DNA of 64,000 nucleotides from an uncultured Thermoplasmata archaeon (lineage in GTDB: Archaea > Thermoplasmatota > Thermoplasmata > UBA10834), in assembly GCA_963719945.1 (NCBI GenBank), contig CAVRDX010000001.1, positions 576,001-640,000 of the forward strand, read 5' to 3'. Below the pieces are notes generated by a model. The model saw nothing but the letters and a program-made list of their open reading frames with translations, was not told the DNA's origin and ran no database searches. Positions 29,687-38,210 of this stretch are shown here, one piece after another; within the stretch, counting starts at the first letter, position 1; every line of letters starts with the position of its first letter. Position numbers and translations under genes: made by a program.

Positions 29687-30589
29687 ATGAAGCCCTCAAT
29701 AATAGTCCACGGTGGTGCATGGGACATTCCTGACGCACTCGTTGGCGATCATATTTCTGGATGCAGGAAGGCTTCAGCGTATGCATATGACACATTATCC
29801 CGAGGTGGCACTGCTCTGGATGCTGTAGAGGCTGCCGTTGCGTCGATGGAAGATGACCCCATATTCGATGCAGGTGTCGGGTCAGTCCTGAATCAAACTG
29901 GGAAAGTGGAGATGGACGCGATGATAATGGACGGAGCCACTCTCGGATCAGGAGCTGTGGCAGCCATGAGAAACGTCAGGAACCCCATCCGTGTCGCTCG
30001 GAAGCTGCTTGATACGACACAATTCTCAATGCTCGTAGGAGAAGGTGCTTTCGATTTCGCCATGAAGTGTGGCTTTGTGGAATGTACCGAAGAGGAACTC
30101 CTGGTCGGGCGGGAACTCGAGGATTATAGAGAATTCCTCAAGACAGGAGTACTCAGGACAAGACGGTTCTTTTCGGGTACGGATACTGTGGGTGCGTGCG
30201 CAATCGATGTCGAAGGACATCTAGCCTGTGCAACCTCCACTGGCGGCACTTCTAGAAAGATGGCCGGAAGGGTCGGCGATTCGCCGATCATTGGATGCGG
30301 GGGATATGCAGACGACACGCTGGGAGCTGCATCTAGTACTGGCTGGGGAGAGAAGATCATGGCCGTCGTGCTCGCGAAGACGGCGATTGACATGCTGTCA
30401 GGCGACGACGACCCACAGGCAGCTTCGGAAAGGGCCATTAACATCCTCAAAACGAGGGTAGACGGTATGGGAGGCCTGATAATGATCAACAGGTCTGGGA
30501 AGGTAGGCTATTTCCATAATACCCCGAGGATGGCTTTCGCATTCGTAGAGGGAAAGTCAGATTCCTCGATGGCGGGAATCAGTCTTTGA
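29687..30589 (+). CDS. Isoaspartyl peptidase/L-asparaginase (Ntn hydrolase)
   Basis: IIVHGGA, EMDAMIMDG, DTVGACA (Thr nucleophile), STGG, GRVGDSP. Confidence 0.93.
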   Translation: MKPSIIVHGGAWDIPDALVGDHISGCRKASAYAYDTLSRGGTALDAVEAAVASMEDDPIFDAGVGSVLNQTGKVEMDAMIMDGATLGSGAVAAMRNVRNPIRVARKLLDTTQFSMLVGEGAFDFAMKCGFVECTEEELLVGRELEDYREFLKTGVLRTRRFFSGTDTVGACAIDVEGHLACATSTGGTSRKMAGRVGDSPIIGCGGYADDTLGAASSTGWGEKIMAVVLAKTAIDMLSGDDDPQAASERAINILKTRVDGMGGLIMINRSGKVGYFHNTPRMAFAFVEGKSDSSMAGISL

Positions 30590-30598
30590 TGATTTTCA

Positions 30599-31459
30599 TC
30601 AGAATGAAAGACCATCTTTGTTGCTCAGACATGGAGAAGGACCGCACACAATCGACTCGACTTCTACGAGCAAGTCATCATGCTCTTTTCGAGATATCAT
30701 GAATGTCTTCCTCAGATTCTCGATTATTTCTACCTCGGGACCGGCCAGGATTCCGTCGGCTAACGCGATCTCAAGCACGCCCCGATATATGCGAAGGAAT
30801 TCCATCCTATCTTGAGCCAGTTGCTTCAGTATCTCCGTTTCCAGCTGCTTGTGCTGTTCATCAGACACGTTCAGGTGCTTCCGCAACTCTTCGATCAAGA
30901 ACCTTTCAGTCGCTGTAACCCGACCATCACGCCATGCGGTCTTCAATGCCCTGCGATAGGTATCCGTAGCCTGTTCCTTGCTCTCCAGCGCATTGCGCTT
31001 CTTTGTCTCGATGTTCCTGAGATCTGCCATATCCAAACGTCCACTCTTGATCGCCTCTCGCACAATATCACAGTATGTTATATGGACAGGAGTGCAGTCA
31101 TCGATCTCGGACAGTTTCATCCTCTTTGTTTTCCCGCCATCAACGACGTCGACGACGACTTTGCTCAACATGGAACGAAGTATGTCTGACTTCGCATAAC
31201 CATTCTGAGTAAGGTAATATCCGTTCATCCTCTGTTTCATGCCCTGGATGTGTGCCTTTCTCTCGACCACTAGAAGTTCGGAAATCAGGTCTTGGAGATA
31301 CTTGGACAGATGCTTCCTCTGAATACCAGTACAGAATGAGATGGTCTCTTGAATCAGGTCTGCAGGCAGTTCGTATCTGTCATCCATATGATTGAATTCC
31401 GAAAGGTAGAGCAAAATGCGTTCCTTGCTCGTGATCGATATCAAATCATCTATTGGCAT
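30599..31459 (-). CDS. Winged-HTH protein with two C-terminal TerB-like helical repeats
   Basis: N-terminal HTH QETISFCTGIQRKHLSKYL...YYLT; repeats YRRALKTAWRDG..T..E..LIEELRKHL and YRGVLEIALADG...E...IENLRK. Confidence 0.7.
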   Translation of the reverse strand: MPIDDLISITSKERILLYLSEFNHMDDRYELPADLIQETISFCTGIQRKHLSKYLQDLISELLVVERKAHIQGMKQRMNGYYLTQNGYAKSDILRSMLSKVVVDVVDGGKTKRMKLSEIDDCTPVHITYCDIVREAIKSGRLDMADLRNIETKKRNALESKEQATDTYRRALKTAWRDGRVTATERFLIEELRKHLNVSDEQHKQLETEILKQLAQDRMEFLRIYRGVLEIALADGILAGPEVEIIENLRKTFMISRKEHDDLLVEVESIVCGPSPCLSNKDGLSF

Positions 31460-31559
31460 GCGAATGGAATTGGATTACCCCATATTTGCAGGTTGCTAGA
31501 TTCACAGAACCTCATGGGAAAGGATTAAGGCCGAATCCAGAGATAACAGGGAGAGCGAA

Positions 31560-31652
31560 ATGATCGATCGAAGAGCATTGCTGTTCCTATTCGTCGTGCT
31601 CATGGCGTCTTTTGCAGCTATTGCGCTCATAATCCTGGTAAGCGGGATGTAG
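31560..31652 (+). CDS. 30-aa single-TM micropeptide
   Basis: Hand translation MIDRRALLFLFVVLMASFAAIALIILVSGM; upstream GGGAG. Confidence 0.55.
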   Translation: MIDRRALLFLFVVLMASFAAIALIILVSGM

Positions 31653-31884
31653 GCACCTTGTCGTCGGAGCGAAGCAGTCATCGACGAAATTAGACAGAAT
31701 GCATACGAAATCCGTTCATGATGACGGGATTCATCAGATATTTATGTTGTCGACACATTACAATTAATAATATATAATGCCACTTATTCTAAATCTATAC
31801 CCAGCATGAAATAATACGCCTCCTAGAAACGACATTTTTTCACAATTTCCACTCATTGCACAGTTTATATATTATTTATTGTAT

Positions 31885-31899
31885 GTTACTCGGAGTAAC
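31885..31899. promoter_or_regulatory. Perfect 7-1-7 inverted repeat (putative operator) just downstream of TATA-like TTTATATA
   Basis: GTTACTC-G-GAGTAAC; TTTATATA at 31864-31871. Confidence 0.5.
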
Positions 31900-32078
31900 G
31901 AGGAAAGCATCATATATCGCATCGATGTAAGGAGTGACGATAGCATGCACGCAAACAAGTCCGCAACAATGGATTCATCCTCCCTAGATCGCGGACTCAT
32001 GTGGGCTCCATGCTAGGGATAGTTCCGTCCAACAGGGATGCAGGGCCGAACGATCCTAAGTTCTTGGAGGTGTTAAAA

Positions 32079-32201
32079 GTGCGACCGATAGGAGTCTGGA
32101 CAACAGTCAAGCAAGTGCAGTTGCAGAAGCAACTCTTGCAAGTCCCGAGAGCACAGCGAGCTGCGCTCAAGGCCTATATCGCCGGCAAGCGAAACGATTA
32201 G
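32079..32201 (+). CDS. 40-aa basic small protein
   Basis: Strong RBS GGAGGTG, then GTG: (M)RPIGVWTTVKQVQLQKQLLQVPRAQRAALKAYIAGKRND. Confidence 0.6.
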   Translation: MRPIGVWTTVKQVQLQKQLLQVPRAQRAALKAYIAGKRND

Positions 32202-32273
32202 GCAACAAACCTCTTACCTTTAGCGTATGCCATTCGATTCAGCAGGATGGCTTCCCAACAGCGATTACATCTT

Positions 32274-33617
32274 CTAAATCAGCCTTCTCTCACCACTCCT
32301 CAGACCTCTCAACCATTCTCGCGCCAACTGTCGGAGAGTGAATGGGTATTTCACCGGATCTTTGAGCTTGAAGAACCAGACAGCGCAAATTCCTCTGCCA
32401 AAAGCTGAGATGGCATAGACTGCACCGAGTGCAATGACTAGATTCTGAAGATAGACACCGAGGAAGAACAGCGCAAGGTATCCGCCAATGACGGATCCAG
32501 CGAATGTCACGAGACCAATCATTGTATTGTATACGGCGAAATATTCGCCCTTCTTCTCCTCAGGAGCGACATCCAATATGTAAGCAAAGAACGCAACATT
32601 CGACATCGCTGTGGCAATTCCCAGAGCGGCGTTTATCGCATATATGTGCCATATTTGCGTTGCCAGAGCATATACAATGGGGACCGATATGAATGCGAAC
32701 CTTGAGATCAAGATGTGAGGCATTGGGCCCGTCAGATCCATCCATCGACCAACCCTGGTCTGGAAGAAGAGAGCGGAACCGGTCGATATCACCGTCATCA
32801 ATGCGATATCGAAGAGCGTCGCGCCCAGAACGTCAATATATGTCAGATACAGAAGCGGCCAGATGAGCGACATTATGAAGTTGAATATGCACTGCAGGAT
32901 TACGAGATTTCTAAAATAGATATTCTCCGTGAGATCGGATATGAATATGAACGAACGCAGGCTGAACGAGAATATCGTCTTTGGTGATGCATACAGCCTC
33001 CTCTTGCTCTCCCTAAGCCGAAATAGGACGAGAGAACCGATTATCCCGCTTCCGCCAGCAATCAGGAACGGTATCGCGAATATGCTCAAGACCGACCCTT
33101 CGCCCTCAGGCATTATGGCGCCAGCCAAAAGTGTCGCCGCAAGACTGGCAAGAGATGAGATTGCAAAGAACTTGCTCATTATCGAACCGCGGTTTCGGGG
33201 CGTGGTGATGTCACCCACCAATGCAGACCAGGTCGGAATCATCATCGACCCGATGAACATCTGGATGGCGACGAGGAATATGAGTTGAGATGCATTGACG
33301 ACGCCGAGCATGAAGAAATACATCGAGAATGAGAGCACCCCTCCGACAACCAGGAATGGAACTCGCCTTCCCAGGAAATCACTCAGCTTCCCCCAGGGAA
33401 CCTGCATCACGGCGGGGAAGAGGTTCACGAATGCCTGAAGCCAGCCAAGCTGAGCAGGGGTGGCACTGAGATGGATTGCGAGTGCAGGCACGAACGGATC
33501 GGCCATACCCTTTCCGAAATTGACGGCAGCCTGGTTGGAATACATCAATCCATGTGCGTCAGGTTTCCCGTCTTTTGCAGCACCTGTTTGACCATCGGTT
33601 GCATCGACTAAAGGCAT
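32274..33617 (-). CDS. MFS transporter
   Basis: About 12 TM helices; WGKLSDFLGRR motif A. Confidence 0.9.
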   Translation of the reverse strand: MPLVDATDGQTGAAKDGKPDAHGLMYSNQAAVNFGKGMADPFVPALAIHLSATPAQLGWLQAFVNLFPAVMQVPWGKLSDFLGRRVPFLVVGGVLSFSMYFFMLGVVNASQLIFLVAIQMFIGSMMIPTWSALVGDITTPRNRGSIMSKFFAISSLASLAATLLAGAIMPEGEGSVLSIFAIPFLIAGGSGIIGSLVLFRLRESKRRLYASPKTIFSFSLRSFIFISDLTENIYFRNLVILQCIFNFIMSLIWPLLYLTYIDVLGATLFDIALMTVISTGSALFFQTRVGRWMDLTGPMPHILISRFAFISVPIVYALATQIWHIYAINAALGIATAMSNVAFFAYILDVAPEEKKGEYFAVYNTMIGLVTFAGSVIGGYLALFFLGVYLQNLVIALGAVYAISAFGRGICAVWFFKLKDPVKYPFTLRQLAREWLRGLRSGERRLI

Positions 33618-33783
33618 CCCTTCCCATAACCTGCATCGGGCAGATGAGATATATTACCTTTTTAAGACCGAATCCACGGTTTCCCTATGCCAGTTAGGTG
33701 AACCTTAGGGTTGGCGTTGCCAATCTGGAAATCATACAAAAGACTATATATTAACACTAGTCGATATAGGGGCGGTGGGAAAT

Positions 33784-33924
33784 TTGGTTAAAGCCTACTG
33801 CGTCAAGTGCAAGAAGTCCGTCGAGATGAAGGATGCCAAGAAAGTCAAGCTCAAGAACGGCAAACCTGCCACGAAGGGTACATGCCCAAAGTGTGGCACT
33901 AAGGTATTCAGAATCGGTGGATAA
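33784..33924 (+). CDS. 46-aa basic zinc-ribbon protein (DUF5679-like)
   Basis: Hand translation (TTG start) MVKAYCVKCKKSVEMKDAKKVKLKNGKPATKGTCPKCGTKVFRIGG; TATATATTAA promoter upstream. Confidence 0.85.
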   Translation: MVKAYCVKCKKSVEMKDAKKVKLKNGKPATKGTCPKCGTKVFRIGG

Positions 33925-34006
33925 GCGCAAACCTTTCAAAAATAAGAGATCGAGGACTCCCCGTCGACTGCAATATGTGCTGTCGCAGCAGGGCTTTCCT
34001 AGATGT

Positions 34007-35404
34007 TTATTTCTGTTTCATCAAGTAGTTGCCCCGCTCGTGCAGAGCAGCTATCGCCCTAATCGTCCGCCAGATCGATGGATATGAGGGAATCTTATAG
34101 CTTTCGAGTGCTTTGAGTGTCTCCTGAGTCCTGCTTCCCCCGAAAGCGCTGATAATTATCGGGATCCTACCCGGTGACGACCTTCGAGCCGCAACGTCGA
34201 CCAATCCTTGCGTCACATGAGGTGGTTGCAGCTCCAGAGACATCATTATCACATCAATCCCAGGATCACCCTGAAGCGTCTCCAATACGTGCTCATACAT
34301 CATATCCGTGACCTCAGCAGTCAGGTCAACAGGATTGTTGACAGAGGAGAATATCGGCATCGCTCTGGACAAGCGAGCACGCGTCTCTTCCGACAAGTCA
34401 GCCATGATCATTCCGACTCCATGCTCCTTCGATTCCACAAAATCGGATGCTATGACTCCGAACCCGCCCGCGCTAGCCACGATGCAGACCCTGGCGCCAT
34501 CTATCTTCCCCTTATATGCGAGGGCCCTGGCAACATCCACCAATTCCTCATCGTCGTAGACCCTTATGACGCCGGCTTGTCTGAGTGCGCCTGCCACGAG
34601 CTCGTCGGAATCCGAGGCGATTGCGCCAGTGTGTGAACTGGCCGCTTTCGAGCCTGCACGAGTGCGACCAGATTTCAGAACCACGATGGGCTTTATCTTG
34701 GAAACCTTTCGAGCGACATCAATGAAGCCCCTACCGTCGGCAAATGATTCGAGATACAAAGCTATGCAGTCAGTATTGGGATCATCAGCGAAGAATTCCA
34801 GCAATTCATTCTCATTGATATCCACCCTGTTTCCAAGGCCTATACATGCGGATATACCCATCCCGAATGATTCTGCCTTCTCGAGGAATGAGACGGCTAC
34901 CGCCCCGCTCTGGGAGATCATCGCGATCGAACCCGCAGATGGTCTACGGCTCTTCTCCACAGGGATGAATAGTGTGTCAAGACCGCGAGAGGGGACCAGT
35001 AACCCCATTGTGTTCGGGCCGAGGAGCCGCGTTCCATTGACCCCCACCAGATCACTCAATCCCGCCTGAAGGCCCTTTCCATCATCCCCGCTCTCCGCAA
35101 ACCCAGATGATGTCACAATCACGACCCTCACGCCTTTCCGAACGCACTCATCAACAGCGCGAACGGATAGCATCGCTGGCAATGCAATGAGAGCAAGGTC
35201 TATATCATCAGGAATCGAGGATACGGACGGATAGCAGCGTGCGCCAAGGATCTTCTCTTCCTTTGGATTGACCGGATACACCTTGAAAGAGGAATCCAAG
35301 AGATTTTTCAGAACAACATTGCTGATCTTGCCCGTGCTGGCAGAGGCTCCGATCAAGGCGATCGACCGTGGGTTGAAAAGTGGATCCAACGACCCGTTCA
35401 TCAA
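34007..35404 (-). CDS. ADP-forming acyl-CoA synthetase alpha subunit
   Basis: PRSIALIGAS, VYPVNP, LGPNTMG, SQSGA, LYLE, ASSHTGAIA (phospho-His), NPVDL. Confidence 0.9.
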   Translation of the reverse strand: MMNGSLDPLFNPRSIALIGASASTGKISNVVLKNLLDSSFKVYPVNPKEEKILGARCYPSVSSIPDDIDLALIALPAMLSVRAVDECVRKGVRVVIVTSSGFAESGDDGKGLQAGLSDLVGVNGTRLLGPNTMGLLVPSRGLDTLFIPVEKSRRPSAGSIAMISQSGAVAVSFLEKAESFGMGISACIGLGNRVDINENELLEFFADDPNTDCIALYLESFADGRGFIDVARKVSKIKPIVVLKSGRTRAGSKAASSHTGAIASDSDELVAGALRQAGVIRVYDDEELVDVARALAYKGKIDGARVCIVASAGGFGVIASDFVESKEHGVGMIMADLSEETRARLSRAMPIFSSVNNPVDLTAEVTDMMYEHVLETLQGDPGIDVIMMSLELQPPHVTQGLVDVAARRSSPGRIPIIISAFGGSRTQETLKALESYKIPSYPSIWRTIRAIAALHERGNYLMKQK

Positions 35405-35543
35405 CCTCTTGATTGGTTTGGCGCATTATTATTGTGTTTCGTCAACTCAGATAACATAGTATCCACGGATTCGTCGCCTTCCGAGAACTTACTTATATGG
35501 TCTAAACAATAACAGAGTGATACGCGTATGGGGGGTTGAGGGA

Positions 35544-35960
35544 ATGGAACTAAGAGATGTTGTCAAGGGTACGATGCCGGTGAGGATATCTGTGGGCTCG
35601 ACTGCCGCAGATGCACTGATTGCAATGATGGAGAATAAAACTGACTTCTTGCTTGTAGATAGAACAGGGATCGATGATGCCTATGGAATCGTGACACATA
35701 GAGACATCGTCGAGAAGGCAGTCGCAGAGGGGAACGACCTTTCGGAGGTACCAATTGCCGATATCGCTAGAAAGCCTCTGGTCGCGACAAATAATCTCGA
35801 CTTGGACATACGATGGATTGCCAAGAAGATGGCAGATGAACATGTATCGAAACTCGCTGTCTTCGATCGCGACAACTTCATGGGGTTCGTTTCTGACATC
35901 GATCTGCTCAAGGCAGCAATCGGAGAAACCCATGAAAAATCAACCAAGGAGGCGAACTGA
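35544..35960 (+). CDS. CBS domain pair protein
   Basis: DAYGIVTHRDIV...KPLV; GFVSDIDL. Confidence 0.85.
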   Translation: MELRDVVKGTMPVRISVGSTAADALIAMMENKTDFLLVDRTGIDDAYGIVTHRDIVEKAVAEGNDLSEVPIADIARKPLVATNNLDLDIRWIAKKMADEHVSKLAVFDRDNFMGFVSDIDLLKAAIGETHEKSTKEAN

Positions 35961-36406
35961 TGACCTCAGAGAGGTTGATTCTCCGAGACATCGTTAAGAC
36001 TTTCGAGATGCCGACGATCGACATGAACTCGACAATCAAGAATGCGATCGAACGTATGATCGAACTCAACAACTATTCACTCCTAGTCCCGAGAAAGAAC
36101 AAGAGCGATGCCTATGGCATCATCACGAAGAAGGACATAATATCCAAGGTGCTCGCCGAGGGAGCGGATCCGTCCAAGGTGAAAGTGAAGGACATCATGT
36201 CGAAACCATTGGTCATACTGACCAATCTCTCTCTCGACATAAGGTGGGTCGCCAAGGCCATGGCCAATTCTCAGGTCTCGACCATTGCAGTCTTTGACAG
36301 AGGAGATTTCTATGGTTATGTGACGGAGGCCTGCGTCCTCGACGGTGTCTATAACGCAATGAGACGTGCGAAGCTCGAGCAGGGTGTGGAGTTCGTATCC
36401 TGCTGA
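35960..36406 (+). CDS. CBS domain pair protein (tandem paralog)
   Basis: DAYGIITKKDII...MSKPLV; TGATG overlap with the upstream gene. Confidence 0.85.
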   Translation: MTSERLILRDIVKTFEMPTIDMNSTIKNAIERMIELNNYSLLVPRKNKSDAYGIITKKDIISKVLAEGADPSKVKVKDIMSKPLVILTNLSLDIRWVAKAMANSQVSTIAVFDRGDFYGYVTEACVLDGVYNAMRRAKLEQGVEFVSC

Positions 36407-36436
36407 CCAAATCATTGATGCTCTGGAGGACGAATC

Positions 36437-38209
36437 ATGGGAGATTCAGGGACGGACAATGTGGGCCAGAAGAGAGGGATCGCAGTCTACTTATGCGGAT
36501 GCAGGGGAGAGATATCCAAAAAGATCGACCTTGCAGCGATAGCCTCCACAATCAAGGATATACCCGCAGTCGTGACCGTCGGCATCCACGAGTCACTATG
36601 TTCAAGGGAAGGCCAGCAATTTCTGAGGGACGAATATGCCAGCAAAGGGTTCGATAAGGTTGCCGTTGCAGCATGTTCCCCCAACATACAAGGGCTGATA
36701 ATCAGCAGGTTCCTCGAAACTGAAGGTATGAACAAGTACCTCTTCGACCAGGTAAACATACGCGAACAATGCGCGTGGGTACATGCAGACCGCGAACGGG
36801 CAACTAGCAAGGCCAAGAGCCTGTTGCTGGGCTCATTGGCAAAGGTGGAGAAGCTGATGCCACTGGAAGATATCGAAGTCCCCATCCTCGGATCTACCCT
36901 AGTGATAGGAGGAGGGGTCACTGGCATGGCGGCTGCTCTTGATATCGCATCCAATGGATTCAAGGTATATATTGTCGAAAGGAGCAATGAGCTCGGTGGG
37001 AGAGCATACAAGCTGAGCATGACATTCCCCACCCACAACTGTGGAATCTGCTGCATGCAATACTGCAAGGAATGCGTGTTCACCCCCAAGATAGAAGACG
37101 TCCTCCAGAACAAGAACATCGAAGTCCTCTTGAATTCAAATGTCGAGGACATGACCGGTGGTTTCGGCAACAGACATGTCAAGGTGAAAACACCGGAGGG
37201 GCACAGGGAATTCGATGTCGGGACAATAATCGTCGCTACTGGAAGCAAGACTTTTGACCCGGCAAGAATCTCCGAGCTGCATTATGAGATCCCGGACGTG
37301 ATCACAACGACCGAGTTGGAGCAACTCATAGTCAAGCAGCGCGAGCTGGGAGGCGGTCTGAAGAGGCCGTCAGATGGCAAGAACCCGAAGACTGTGAATT
37401 TCGTTCAATGCGTCGGTTCACGCGACAAGGTGAAGGGCAATCTGCATTGCTCGCTCGTCTGTTGCACATATGCCATCGGTCAGGCGAGGGAGATAAAGAA
37501 ACTGAATCCTGATGCTGATGTCTATGTACATTACATCGACCTCCGTGGGCCATACAGAGGTTTTGAGGAATTCTACGAAGATGCCAGAGAGGAAGGGATC
37601 AATTTCGTGCGAGGACGAGTCGCCGAGGTGGTGGTCGACAAGGACAAGATGTTCGTGAGGGCCCTTGATACAGACATGGACACTTTGCTCAATATCGATT
37701 CCGACCTGGTAGTACTGGCTGTAGGTCAGGAACCTTCCGAGGACAGCGACAGAATTGCCAAACTGCTTCACATCCAGATGGACATCGACAAGTTCATGAA
37801 GGACATCAACCCGATGTTTCCATCCGAATTCAGACGGGGGATATATGTGGCAGGCACTGCCCAAGGTCCCAAGGGGATCAGATACTCCATAGAAGATGCG
37901 CGAGCAGCTGCTGCAAGTGCCATTAGTATCATGAAGGATGGGAAGGTACAGTTCCCAAGAATAGTCGCATTCGTCGACGAATCCAGGTGCAGGGGTTGTG
38001 GCAGGTGTGAAGATATCTGCGAGTATGATGCGATCAAAGTGACGGAAGACCCCGAAAAGGGTATTCTCGTATCCAAGGTGGACGAGATAAGGTGCGAAGG
38101 GTGCGGGACCTGCGCCGTAGTCTGCTGCAACAAGGCAATAACTGTCTACAATTTCATGAGGGATCAGGTCGAAGCGCAGATACGAGCCATCATCGAGGAG
38201 GTGCCCTGA
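36437..38209 (+). CDS. hdrA: Heterodisulfide reductase subunit A-like flavoprotein lacking the inserted ferredoxin domain
   Basis: VYLCGC, AACSP, NIREQC, IGGGVTG, QCVGSRD..CSLVCC, RGRV, C-terminal CRGCGRC and CEGCGTC. Confidence 0.9.
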   Translation: MGDSGTDNVGQKRGIAVYLCGCRGEISKKIDLAAIASTIKDIPAVVTVGIHESLCSREGQQFLRDEYASKGFDKVAVAACSPNIQGLIISRFLETEGMNKYLFDQVNIREQCAWVHADRERATSKAKSLLLGSLAKVEKLMPLEDIEVPILGSTLVIGGGVTGMAAALDIASNGFKVYIVERSNELGGRAYKLSMTFPTHNCGICCMQYCKECVFTPKIEDVLQNKNIEVLLNSNVEDMTGGFGNRHVKVKTPEGHREFDVGTIIVATGSKTFDPARISELHYEIPDVITTTELEQLIVKQRELGGGLKRPSDGKNPKTVNFVQCVGSRDKVKGNLHCSLVCCTYAIGQAREIKKLNPDADVYVHYIDLRGPYRGFEEFYEDAREEGINFVRGRVAEVVVDKDKMFVRALDTDMDTLLNIDSDLVVLAVGQEPSEDSDRIAKLLHIQMDIDKFMKDINPMFPSEFRRGIYVAGTAQGPKGIRYSIEDARAAAASAISIMKDGKVQFPRIVAFVDESRCRGCGRCEDICEYDAIKVTEDPEKGILVSKVDEIRCEGCGTCAVVCCNKAITVYNFMRDQVEAQIRAIIEEVP

Positions 38210-38210
38210 T

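Noticed and set aside
31900-31912. RNase P RNA start (GAGGAAAG)
   Set aside because: Not followed by TCC, and no matching 3' conserved region was found.
32014-32022. Amber (pyrrolysine) readthrough of the 23-codon ORF
   Set aside because: A second TAG follows two codons later, and no pyl genes are in the window.
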